The notes under the pieces: generated by a model
What the model saw: only the letters and a program-made list of their open reading frames with translations
Told to the model about the DNA's origin: nothing
Databases searched by the model: none
Translations under genes and position numbers: made by a program
Source: Planctomycetota bacterium
GTDB lineage: Bacteria > Planctomycetota > SZUA-567 > H5-PLA8 > CALKMO01
Direction: 5' to 3'
Assembly: GCA_026417845.1 (NCBI GenBank)
Contig: JAOACM010000001.1
Coordinates: 2,460 to 31,095, forward strand
DNA length: 28,636 bases
Part shown: positions 1-8,178 of the stretch, one piece after another
Numbering within the stretch: position 1 is the stretch's first letter
Layout of the letters: every line of letters starts with the position of its first letter

Positions 1-502
1 ACACATTGTTGGCGTCTCCTATGTATGCGACCTTGATCCCTTCTAGCCTGCCCAGCTTCTCACGTATGGTCATGACGTCGCCCAGCGCCTGGCATGGATG
101 CCGCTCGTCCGACAGGCCGTTTATTACCGGCTTGTCGCAGAATCGCGCGATCTCTACGATAGTTTCGTGCCTGTACGTCCGGAGAACGAGGCAGTCGAGA
201 TATCTGGCCGCGACCCGGGCGAGGTCCTTTATAGCCTCCCGCTCGCCCAGACGCCCCGACTCGGGGCCGACAAATACCGTCTGGCCTCCAAGCTGGTACG
301 TGGCGACCTCGAAGCTGAGTCGCGTGCGCATCGAGGCCTTCTCGAAGAACAGTCCGACGACGCGACCGGTAAGGGGTCTGGCGTAGCGGTAGACGCCGGG
401 GTCCTCTTTCTGGCGGAACGCAAGGTCCAGTATCTCCGCGAGCTCATCGCGGCTCCAGTTGTCCATCGAAATGAAATCCCTGCGCTTAGGACTCGTCGCC
501 AT
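1..502 (-). CDS. argF: Ornithine carbamoyltransferase, N-terminal part (runs off window start; missing from the ORF track)
   Basis: Manual minus-strand translation from ATG at 502: MATSPKRRDFISMD...FFEKASMRTRLSFEVATYQLGG...KDLARV...VINGLSDERHPCQALGDVMTI...AYIGDANNV. Carbamoyl-phosphate and HPCQ motifs present; SD-like GGGGGAGG upstream; follows argD. Confidence 0.93.
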   Translation of the reverse strand, partial: MATSPKRRDFISMDNWSRDELAEILDLAFRQKEDPGVYRYARPLTGRVVGLFFEKASMRTRLSFEVATYQLGGQTVFVGPESGRLGEREAIKDLARVAARYLDCLVLRTYRHETIVEIARFCDKPVINGLSDERHPCQALGDVMTIREKLGRLEGIKVAYIGDANNV

Positions 503-799
503 CGTCTCAGCCTCCCCCTTTTCGCGCCTCCGATGCGCCTGCTCCAGCGGCGATTTCAGGCGCCTGTCCGAAAACGCCCCCGGCGGCCAGGGCCTCCGCG
601 GCGTTCCGCCCGGTCCATTTTTTGAAGGTCTGGACGGAATCTCAGCGCCACCGGCCGAGGTGGCCCGTCAGCCTTCAGACCGTCTCGTGCCGGGCGTTCC
701 GTCCGGGAATGTCCCATCCCCGGATATCCAGCGGATGGATGCGTTCGGCCCCGTTTCCTCCTTCTTCTGCCCCGTTCGCCGGCTTAGCAGAGGTCCTTT

Positions 800-2002
800 T
801 CAGGCTCCTGTCTGCCGGGTTATTTCCAGCGCCCTGTCGAAGATGGCCAGCCCTTCCTCGATCTGTTCCCGCGTTACTATCAGCGCCGGCAGAAAGCGGA
901 CGGTTATATCGTGCGTGGAATTGACCAGCAGCCCCAGCTCCACACACCGCTCCACCACCCCGGCCGATGGCCCGTTAAGGTCCACGGCGGCCATCAGACC
1001 GCACTGCCTCACGGCGACGATGCGTCCGGCGTGCTTCTCCTTCAGGCGCCTCAGCCCATCCCCCAGGACCGGCGCCATGGCGCGCGCGTTTTCGATAAGG
1101 CGTTCCTTCTCGATGGCCTCGATCGCCGCCAGCCCTGCCGCGCAGACTATCGGATTGCCTCCGAACGTGCTCCCGTGCGTCCCCGGGACGAACGCCTCCG
1201 CCACGCGCTCCTTCGCTATTATCGCGCCGGCCGGCAATCCTCCTCCGAGCGGTTTGGCGAGGGCCATGATGTCCGGCTCCGGGCCTCCGAGCGTCCTGTA
1301 GGCGAACCAGTCGCCGGTGCGGCCCAGACCCGACTGGCACTCGTCGTATATGACCAGGGCGCCGGCAGAGTCGGCTATCCTCCGCGCCTCGCGCAGATAT
1401 TCCCCGATCAGCGGGAATATTCCGCCCTCCCCCTGAACGGGCTCCACTATTATCCCGGCCGTTCGGGGACCGACCGCCTTCGCGAGCGCCCCGATGTCTC
1501 CGAACGGCACATACCGGAAGCCCGGCACGAGCGGTTCGAACCCGGCATGGAATTTCGCCTGCGAGGTGGCCGACAGGGCGCCATAGGTGCGTCCGTGGAA
1601 ACAGTTCTCCAGGCTGACGAATTCAGTTCTCCCCTCCTTCATGCCGTAACGTCTGGCCAGCTTGATCGCCGCCTCCATAGCCTCCGCGCCCGAATTGCAG
1701 AAGAACACCTTCCCAGGGAAGGACCGCTCAACGAGCGCCTTGGCAAGCAGCCCCTGCGATTCCCAGTAGTAATTGTTGTGAACGTGTATCAGCTGCCCGG
1801 CCTGCGCCTTTATCGCGGCCACGATGCGGGGGTGGCAGTGGCCAAGCGCGCCGACACCGAGGCCCGGCAGCAGATCGAGGTACCGCCTGCCCCCGGCGTC
1901 CCACAGATAACATCCCTCGCCGCGGACAAAGGCAACGCCATACCTGCGATAGTTTCCGATGACGTACCGGTCGAAAAGTTCACGTATCCCGGCCATGTTC
2001 AT
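800..2002 (-). CDS. argD: Acetylornithine aminotransferase (class III PLP enzyme)
   Basis: FFCNSGAEAMEAAIKLAR, FHGRTYG, IVEPVQGEGG, DECQSGLGRTG, AKPLGGG and HGSTFGGNP motifs. Start placed at ATG 2002 (MNMAGIRELFDRY) rather than the ORF-track start, which overlaps argB. Confidence 0.93.
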   Translation of the reverse strand: MNMAGIRELFDRYVIGNYRRYGVAFVRGEGCYLWDAGGRRYLDLLPGLGVGALGHCHPRIVAAIKAQAGQLIHVHNNYYWESQGLLAKALVERSFPGKVFFCNSGAEAMEAAIKLARRYGMKEGRTEFVSLENCFHGRTYGALSATSQAKFHAGFEPLVPGFRYVPFGDIGALAKAVGPRTAGIIVEPVQGEGGIFPLIGEYLREARRIADSAGALVIYDECQSGLGRTGDWFAYRTLGGPEPDIMALAKPLGGGLPAGAIIAKERVAEAFVPGTHGSTFGGNPIVCAAGLAAIEAIEKERLIENARAMAPVLGDGLRRLKEKHAGRIVAVRQCGLMAAVDLNGPSAGVVERCVELGLLVNSTHDITVRFLPALIVTREQIEEGLAIFDRALEITRQTGA

Positions 2003-2061
2003 GTCTGGCGGCTTCCCTCTGCTATGCCCTCCAGGCGGAATCTCCCGGGCGGAGAGGCGGT

Positions 2062-2931
2062 TCAGGCGCGTATCTCGGTCCCGATGCCCCTGTCCGTGAA
2101 TATCTCCAGCAGCATCGCGTGCGGCGTCAGGGCGTTGATTATGTGCGCCTTGCGAACGCCTCCCTTGAGCGCCGACAGGCACGCCTGCACCTTGGGTATC
2201 ATCCCTCCAGTAACGATCTTTTCACGGATCAGCCGCTCTGCCTCGCTCATGTCCATCGTCGAGAGAACGGAAGAAGGATCGCTCATATCTCTCATCACGC
2301 CGTCAACGTTCGAGAGGAACACGATCTTCTCGGCCCTGATCTCCGCGGCTACCTTCCACGCCACCGAATCGGCGTTGACGTTGTAAAGCCGTCCATCCGG
2401 GCCGCGGGCTATCGGAGCGACCACTGGTATGACGCTGCCCTCGGAGAGCCTGGCGCACAGTTCGGCGTCCACCGCCGTGATCTCCCCGACATAACCGAGG
2501 TCTATGTCGGGCCGGTCCTTCAGGCGGAGCTTCTCGCAGCGGAGGAAGTTGCTGCCGCGCCCATTCAGCGGTATCGCCTTGCCGTCGGCCTCCTCTATCG
2601 CCCGGCAGACCGCAAAGGATATCTCGTCTATCAGGACGCGGTGGGCTATTTCGATCGTCGCCTCGTCCGTCACCCTCCGCCCCTCGACGAAAACCGGTTT
2701 GATGCCGGCCTTCTCCATGGCGGCCGTTATCCTTGGCCCGCCGCCATGCACCAGCACCGGCCACATCCCCGCCTGTTCGAGAAAGACCACGTCGGTAATG
2801 ACGGACCTGAAGACGGCGGGGTCCTCCATCGCGCTCCCGCCCAGCTTTATGATCACGAACTTTCTGTCGAAGGCCTTCAGGTAGGGAAGCGCCTCTATCA
2901 GGACCGCGGCCTTCTCGCCGGCTGCGTTCAT
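2062..2931 (-). CDS. argB: N-acetylglutamate kinase
   Basis: VIIKLGGSAM, VHGGGPRI, GRRVTD, YNVNADSVA, TGGMIPKV and EIFTDRGIGT motifs; SD GAGGAG. Confidence 0.96.
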   Translation of the reverse strand: MNAAGEKAAVLIEALPYLKAFDRKFVIIKLGGSAMEDPAVFRSVITDVVFLEQAGMWPVLVHGGGPRITAAMEKAGIKPVFVEGRRVTDEATIEIAHRVLIDEISFAVCRAIEEADGKAIPLNGRGSNFLRCEKLRLKDRPDIDLGYVGEITAVDAELCARLSEGSVIPVVAPIARGPDGRLYNVNADSVAWKVAAEIRAEKIVFLSNVDGVMRDMSDPSSVLSTMDMSEAERLIREKIVTGGMIPKVQACLSALKGGVRKAHIINALTPHAMLLEIFTDRGIGTEIRA

Positions 2932-3036
2932 CTCCTCTTCTCCCCCCCCTCCATCCGGTTGCCCCGCGCGGCGCCGCCGTCCCGCCCGCCCGGCCCCTCG
3001 CGCGTTTCCCGCGACCGCGCGCCGGCGAGCAGCGCT

Positions 3037-4284
3037 TCAGGTATGGTACTCCGCGTTTATGGTTATGTAGCCGTGCGTCAGGTCGCACGTATACATTCGA
3101 AAGGCTCCGGGACCGCTGCCGGCCATGAGCAATATCGAAACCTCCTTGCGCGCCAGCAGGCGCCTCATCTCCTTCCTGTCGAATTCTACCGGTTCGCCGT
3201 TCCTGAAGACATCGCGCCCGCATATCTGCACCGTCGCGCGCCGCTCATCGAACCTGGCTCCCGACCGGCCCGCCGCCGCGATTATCCGCCCCCAGTTGGG
3301 GTCGCAGCCGGCCATCGCCGTCTTTACCAGAGGAGACTCGGCTATGGCGCGCGCGGCCTTTTCGGCGTCGCGTCTGGAAGCGGCCCCCCCCACGGCTACC
3401 GTGATCAGCTTCCCCGCGCCCTCGCCGTCCGCCGCAATCTGTCTGGCCAGCGAATCGCACACATCGAGGAGCGCGTCCCTGAACGATCCGTAGGCGGGCC
3501 CCCTTGGCGCAGAGATAAGGGGGATGCCGGCGAGGCCGCTTGCGAGTATCAGCGCCGTGTCGTTCGTGGATGTATCCCCGTCGACGGTCACGGCGTTGAA
3601 GGTATCCGCCGCGCCATCCCGGAGCGCCGAGCGGAGGGCGGCAGGCGAAATACGCGCGTCGGTGACGATGAAGGCCAGCATCGTCGCCATGCGCGGCGCT
3701 ATCATGCCCGATCCTTTGCACGCCCCAACTATCCGCACCGTCGCGCCGCTGCGTCCGGCGCGCCAGGAGGTCGCGGCGGTCTTCGGAACCAGGTCGGTCG
3801 TCATTATTGCGCGTTCGAAATCGCCGGTGCACTTCCTCTCGGCAATACAGCCGGCCAGAACCTCTATCCCGGGCAGAATCCTGTCCATTGGCAGGCGCCG
3901 GCCTATGACGCCGGTGGATGCGACCAGGACGCGGGCTGGCGGCACGCCCAGTCTCTCCCCGGCGCACCGGCACATCGCAAGCGCGTCAGCCATCCCACCA
4001 TCGCCCGTGCACGCGTTAGCGCAACCGGCATTGACTACCACCGCGCGCACCCGGCCGCCCCCAGCTTCGATATGTCTCCGACTGACCTTTACCGGCGCCG
4101 CACAAACGGCGTTGGTGGTGAAGACTCCGGCCGCGGCGGCATCCTGTTCGCAATACAGTATCGCCAGGTCGGGAGGTCTGGCTGGGGCGGTCTTAAGCCC
4201 GCAGTGCATCGCCGCGGTACGGAAACCGGGAACCTCGGAAAGCCGGAAGCAGACTCCCCCGCTTCCGCGCGTGTCGGATGCCAC
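3037..4284 (-). CDS. argJ: Ornithine acetyltransferase / N-acetylglutamate synthase (ArgJ)
   Basis: AGVFTTN, NAGCANACTG, KGSGMIAPRMA|TML autocleavage site, VDGDTSTNDT, ADGEGA, DPNWGRI and DLTHGYITINAEYHT; GTG start. Confidence 0.95.
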   Translation of the reverse strand: MASDTRGSGGVCFRLSEVPGFRTAAMHCGLKTAPARPPDLAILYCEQDAAAAGVFTTNAVCAAPVKVSRRHIEAGGGRVRAVVVNAGCANACTGDGGMADALAMCRCAGERLGVPPARVLVASTGVIGRRLPMDRILPGIEVLAGCIAERKCTGDFERAIMTTDLVPKTAATSWRAGRSGATVRIVGACKGSGMIAPRMATMLAFIVTDARISPAALRSALRDGAADTFNAVTVDGDTSTNDTALILASGLAGIPLISAPRGPAYGSFRDALLDVCDSLARQIAADGEGAGKLITVAVGGAASRRDAEKAARAIAESPLVKTAMAGCDPNWGRIIAAAGRSGARFDERRATVQICGRDVFRNGEPVEFDRKEMRRLLARKEVSILLMAGSGPGAFRMYTCDLTHGYITINAEYHT

Positions 4285-4361
4285 CGGAACCGCCTCCGGT
4301 TTTTACTCCCCACAGCCCCCGGCGCGCGAGGCCACGCCCGGGAAAGGGCGGACATCGTGGG

Positions 4362-4393
4362 AAAACAACGGCGCGCGGGGCGTCCCGCGCGCC
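4362..4393 (-). terminator. Intrinsic-terminator-like hairpin after rpsI
   Basis: Minus strand GGCGCGCGGG-ACGC-CCCGCGCGCC (perfect 10-bp stem) followed by GTTGTTTT, 18 nt after the rpsI stop. Confidence 0.6.
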
Positions 4394-4411
4394 ACGCCGG
4401 AAAGCGAACGA

Positions 4412-4822
4412 TCAGCGCTTCGAGTACTGGAACCTCTTCCGCGCGCCCGGCCGGCCGTACTTCTTCCGTTCGACCTTGCGGGGATCCCTGGTGAGATAGC
4501 CTTCCTCCCTGAGCCCCTTCTCAAGGTTCTGGTCGTATTCGACCAGCGCCCTGGCTACGCCTAGCCTTATAGCCTCCGCCTGCCCGGTCGTTCCCCCGCC
4601 GCGCACGTTGACGAAAACGTCGAAGGTATTTTCCATCTTGACAAAGGTCAGCGGCGATATGGCAGCCTTGCGGCAGACCTCGGTTGGGAAATATTCCTTG
4701 AGAGGACGTCCGTTAATCACGAACTGCCCCTGGCCGGGCCTGATGCGAACTCTCGCGGTCGCCGTCTTGCGCCGTCCCGTTCCCCAGATGTAACCCGCGG
4801 TTTTCCTGTCAGCCGGAGCCAA
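4412..4822 (-). CDS. rpsI: 30S ribosomal protein S9
   Basis: GTGRRKTATARV, GGGTTGQAEAIRLG and LTRDPRKVERKKYGRPGARKRFQYSKR; TTG start with AAGGAGG SD. Confidence 0.98.
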   Translation of the reverse strand: MAPADRKTAGYIWGTGRRKTATARVRIRPGQGQFVINGRPLKEYFPTEVCRKAAISPLTFVKMENTFDVFVNVRGGGTTGQAEAIRLGVARALVEYDQNLEKGLREEGYLTRDPRKVERKKYGRPGARKRFQYSKR

Positions 4823-4842
4823 TGGACTATCCCTCCTTCCTG

Positions 4843-5265
4843 CTAGATTGCGAGCGGCTTGGGCTGCTGGGCCGCATGCGGATGTTTATCGGACTCGTAG
4901 ACCTTGAGCTTGCGCAGCATCTTCTTCGCCAGCAGATTCTTTGGCAGCATGCGCCTCACGGCATTTCGCACTGCGAAGACGGGCTTCTTCGCCACAAGCT
5001 CGTGGAAAGGGATCTCCTTCAACCCGCCGGGATAGCCGGACCAGTGCGTATAAACCTTGGCGGTGTTCTGCACCTTCACCTTGGCCGCGTTGACTATTAT
5101 TACGTAATCGCCGCCATCTATGTGCGGCGTGTACGTGGGTTTATCCTTGCCCATCAGTTTGACGGCCACCTTGGCGGCCATGCGCCCCAGTGATTTGCCT
5201 GAGGCATCTACCACCCACCAGTCCCTCTTCACCTCAGCCGGTTTCTGCATGTATGTTCTTTTCAT
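4843..5265 (-). CDS. rplM: 50S ribosomal protein L13
   Basis: WWVVDASGKSLGR, KPTYTPHIDGGDYVIIVNA, HWSGYPGGLK, AVRRMLPKN and KLKVY...HPHAAQQP. Confidence 0.98.
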   Translation of the reverse strand: MKRTYMQKPAEVKRDWWVVDASGKSLGRMAAKVAVKLMGKDKPTYTPHIDGGDYVIIVNAAKVKVQNTAKVYTHWSGYPGGLKEIPFHELVAKKPVFAVRNAVRRMLPKNLLAKKMLRKLKVYESDKHPHAAQQPKPLAI

Positions 5266-5351
5266 GGCTCAGCCAGCACCCCCGGGAAACGCTTGTCTTT
5301 CAGCCCCCGATCTCTCCTGAACCTGAAATGTGCGGTCGGGGAAAGGAAACA

Positions 5352-5379
5352 TATGTATTCCCGGCGGCACCTTTGTCAA
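5352..5379 (-). promoter_or_regulatory. Possible sigma70-type promoter for rplM-rpsI
   Basis: Minus strand TTGACA-16 nt-TACATA(T); the -10 element is a weak match. Confidence 0.35.
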
Positions 5380-5400
5380 GTCCGAACCGCGGCCGATGGC

Positions 5401-5587
5401 CGGTGGGCCGGTGCTGGTGCATGGCCGTAACTGCGGAGTTCGAAATGCATGGGGTCTGGAGTCCTGATTCGCTTTCTTCGTCCGCCCGGTTCAAAGGGCG
5501 CGGACCGGATATGTGTACCCGTAGCGCGTCTCCTGCGGATCGCTCCAGAACCCTGCATTTACGGCAATGCACCAGATGGCCCTGCCG
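5401..5587. ncRNA. Candidate structured RNA or long imperfect inverted-repeat element (strand and family unresolved)
   Basis: Nested complementary arms: 5405-09/5578-82, CTGGTGCAT 5414-22/ATGCACCAG 5567-75, GCCGT 5424-28/ACGGC 5561-65, AAATGCA 5443-49/TGCATTT 5554-60, GGG/CCC, TCTGGAG 5455-61/CTCCAGA 5543-49. Apical hairpin at 5480-5505. Confidence 0.5.
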
Positions 5588-5601
5588 TATTTTCCGGACG
5601 A

Positions 5602-5631
5602 TTGACATCGGTCCGGGATCGCGGTTAGAAT
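5602..5631 (+). promoter_or_regulatory. Sigma70-type promoter for the FHA gene
   Basis: TTGACA (5602-07), 18-nt spacer, TAGAAT (5626-31). Confidence 0.7.
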
Positions 5632-5778
5632 GAAGCGCGGATCGGATTTCTCCCCGCATGGGCGCGACTGGATTGGACCCCGTGCGGAAGGGCCGGAGAA
5701 GCCGTAAGAGTGGCGCCGGGGGTATGGACTCCGGCCCCGGCGGATCCGGCCCCCCGGCGGATTTATCGAGGACGGAGC

Positions 5779-6375
5779 ATGCCGGCTACCGTAACGATCA
5801 TATTCGGGGGTCAGGAGCAGCAGACGTTCGCTCTGGAAAAACCCTCTACCGTAGTGGGACGCGACCCTACCTGCGATATCCAGATAGACAATCTCGGAAT
5901 ATCGCGGAACCACTGCCAGTTCCTCAGGCGCGGATCCGCCTACGTTGTGCAGGACATGAACTCGTCGAACGGCACCTTCGTCAACGGGAAGCGAATCGCC
6001 GAACATTATCTGAACGATCAGGACGAGGTAGTCATAGGCAAATACACACTGAAGTTCCGCAACGACGAGCAGGCGGCGCAGGCGCAGGCCGCGGAGAAGA
6101 AGGAAGTCCCCGACACGCTCAACACCTATGTCATGGACGGCGCCAAGATACAGGAGCAACTCGCCAGGATGCGCGGCCAGACCGCCCCGGCGCCTGGACG
6201 GCCCGCAGGGCCTATGACGGCCAGGGACTTCGCGAAGGCCATGGACGGCGTCGCTCCGCCTTCGGCCGCAGCCGCCGCAAAGGTCCAGCTGTACCAGACG
6301 CTGTTCGCAATATCGTTCATCGTTAACATACTGCTTGTCACGTTGCTGATCATGAAGGTCGCCGGCGTGTTCTGA
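5779..6375 (+). CDS. FHA-domain protein with a C-terminal transmembrane anchor
   Basis: FHA signature GRDPTCDIQI-DNLGISRNH-DMNSSNGTFVNG, then a Gln/Ala/Pro linker and terminal hydrophobic helix TLFAISFIVNILLVTLLIMKVAGVF. ATG 5779 has a GGAG SD. Confidence 0.88.
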   Translation: MPATVTIIFGGQEQQTFALEKPSTVVGRDPTCDIQIDNLGISRNHCQFLRRGSAYVVQDMNSSNGTFVNGKRIAEHYLNDQDEVVIGKYTLKFRNDEQAAQAQAAEKKEVPDTLNTYVMDGAKIQEQLARMRGQTAPAPGRPAGPMTARDFAKAMDGVAPPSAAAAAKVQLYQTLFAISFIVNILLVTLLIMKVAGVF

Positions 6376-6421
6376 ATTTCGCAGGTGGCCGGAAGGATCT
6401 CGAAACATTATCTGCATCCGG

Positions 6422-7972
6422 TCAATGTGTCATGCCGTATATGAGTATGTTCATGCCGAGGCGCCTGGCGTCGGCCTTTTCGTAGCCGAGGCAGTAGGGG
6501 CAGTCGGCATCCTCCAGCCCGCAGCCGATATCGTAAGGACTGTAAATCACGCAGGTCGCGCCGGCGAGTGTTATTCCTTCGAGCGTCGGGGCGTCCATGT
6601 CGGGCTTCGACTTCCTGAGCCTGGGCGAGTATTCCGCCCTGGCCACCTTACCGGCCCCGGCGGCGGAGTAGACCGGGTGGTCGGAGGGCAGCGCCTCCAG
6701 CTTCGCCCCCGGCAGGACCCTGACAATCTCCCGCCTGAATGCCGCGTCGAAGGCCTTCCTGCCGCAGCAGGCGTCTGCCAGCAGGAAGCCGCCGTTCTTC
6801 AGGTGGCGGCGCAGCGCGGCGACCTCCTCTTCGGAAAATTTGAACTCATCGTGCCCCGTAATATAGAGGAGCGGGAGCCTGAAGGCATCGAGCTTTCCCA
6901 GGTCCACGGGCACTTTCTTGAACTTGACCTCCAGCGCCGTGTTGGCCGCGGAAAACTTCATCAGGTTGGCCGCGGCGTTCGGATCGGGATCCCAGTCGCC
7001 CTCGTGGACGATCTGACCCCAGACGAATTTCTCCTCGCTCGATTCCTCCGCGTCCCTATATACCTTGGCCGACGCGAGCTGCCTGCCCTGCTGGTAACAT
7101 GCGAGAGCGCAGGCGATCATATTGATACCGATGCACACCGCATCGTCTCCACCCCTGGCGTCCGACCAGACCCTGCGTCCCTGGTCGTGGCGGTGGCCGT
7201 CCCATCCGCAGCTCAGGTCGTAAGGCGAGAACAAAACCGCCGTCCGGCAGTACATATCTATGCCATGTATGACCGGTCTGCTCTTGAATGGCTTCTGATC
7301 CTCCCCGATCATACCGACCTGCTCTATGTTATAGAAGGCCGCGAACAGCGGATGGTCGGGCGGGAGGATTTCCATCTTCTTCCGGGGGAATATCGCGTTC
7401 ATCTCACGCATGAACGATTCGAGGTATTCCTTCTTCCCGCAACAGGCCTCGCCGATCAGGCAGCCGCCGTCCTGGAGGAACCAGTAGAGCTTTTTCCTCA
7501 GGTTCCCGTCGAATTCGAACCCCTCGTGGCCGGTCAGGTACAACATTGGAGTTTCGGCCGGGCTCCATGAGAACGTATCCAGCGTCACGGGGACGCCGCG
7601 GTAATCGAGGTTGAGGGCGCGCTTAGCCTTTTCCATCAGCGAGGGGATGTCGGAGGGATCGGTCGTCCAGTCCCTGTATGTATAGACGTTCCCCCTCTCA
7701 TCAGTTCCTTTCACTATCTTCCCGTATTCTATCTTCCCTATCAGTGCCGGGGGGGCAGGCGGTCGCTTCTTCTCGCTCCGCCTGAGCGGCGTGACCGGCA
7801 GCGGCAGCGGCGCGAAGGATTCTCCGCCGGTCACGCGGTGCGGCTTGGCCTTCGGTGGCGGCCCGCAGCTGCCAGCCTCAGCCTTCACGGCGCCCGCTAT
7901 CGCGCCGACCGTCATCCCCGCAAGGAGTCCGCAGAACTCCCGCCGCCCATGTTTGGCTTCGTCGCAACCCAT
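6422..7972 (-). CDS. Tandem DUF4159-domain protein with a twin-arginine (Tat)-like signal peptide
   Basis: Two homologous halves (LYLTGH..GGCLIGEACCG..LPPDHP..SPYDLSCG and LYITGH..GGFLLADACCG..LPSDHP..SPYDIGCG). N-terminus GRREFCGLLAGMTVGAIAGAVKAEA. Start placed at ATG 7972. Family named from recalled motifs. Confidence 0.78.
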   Translation of the reverse strand: MGCDEAKHGRREFCGLLAGMTVGAIAGAVKAEAGSCGPPPKAKPHRVTGGESFAPLPLPVTPLRRSEKKRPPAPPALIGKIEYGKIVKGTDERGNVYTYRDWTTDPSDIPSLMEKAKRALNLDYRGVPVTLDTFSWSPAETPMLYLTGHEGFEFDGNLRKKLYWFLQDGGCLIGEACCGKKEYLESFMREMNAIFPRKKMEILPPDHPLFAAFYNIEQVGMIGEDQKPFKSRPVIHGIDMYCRTAVLFSPYDLSCGWDGHRHDQGRRVWSDARGGDDAVCIGINMIACALACYQQGRQLASAKVYRDAEESSEEKFVWGQIVHEGDWDPDPNAAANLMKFSAANTALEVKFKKVPVDLGKLDAFRLPLLYITGHDEFKFSEEEVAALRRHLKNGGFLLADACCGRKAFDAAFRREIVRVLPGAKLEALPSDHPVYSAAGAGKVARAEYSPRLRKSKPDMDAPTLEGITLAGATCVIYSPYDIGCGLEDADCPYCLGYEKADARRLGMNILIYGMTH

Positions 7973-8178
7973 TTTACTACAATCCTTTGCGCACTTACAC
8001 CCGGCATCCAGATCGAGAAACCCCGACCGCATGCACTATGTGCGCCAACTGTCGTTCGGCTTTGTGCCCCTCCTCGCATTCCCATTGAGCGGAGCTTCTT
8101 CCCTGTCATTAAGACGCCATCTAATTATCTTTTTAATGCACGGAGCGTATTTTTTTCAGATCGCATGCGGTACGCCCG

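Noticed and set aside
98-625. 175-aa plus-strand ORF
   Set aside because: Antisense to argF, which carries clear OTCase motifs on the minus strand.
2119-4494. 791-aa plus-strand ORF (also 911..2386, 8203..10008, 6425..7570, 18885..20261 and similar)
   Set aside because: Antisense shadows of well-supported genes. They are R/P/G-rich with no motifs, as expected from GC3 bias in high-GC DNA.
8107-8138. CATTAA/TTAATG inverted repeat in the AT-rich spacer upstream of the DUF4159 gene
   Set aside because: Only 6-bp arms; too weak to call an operator.
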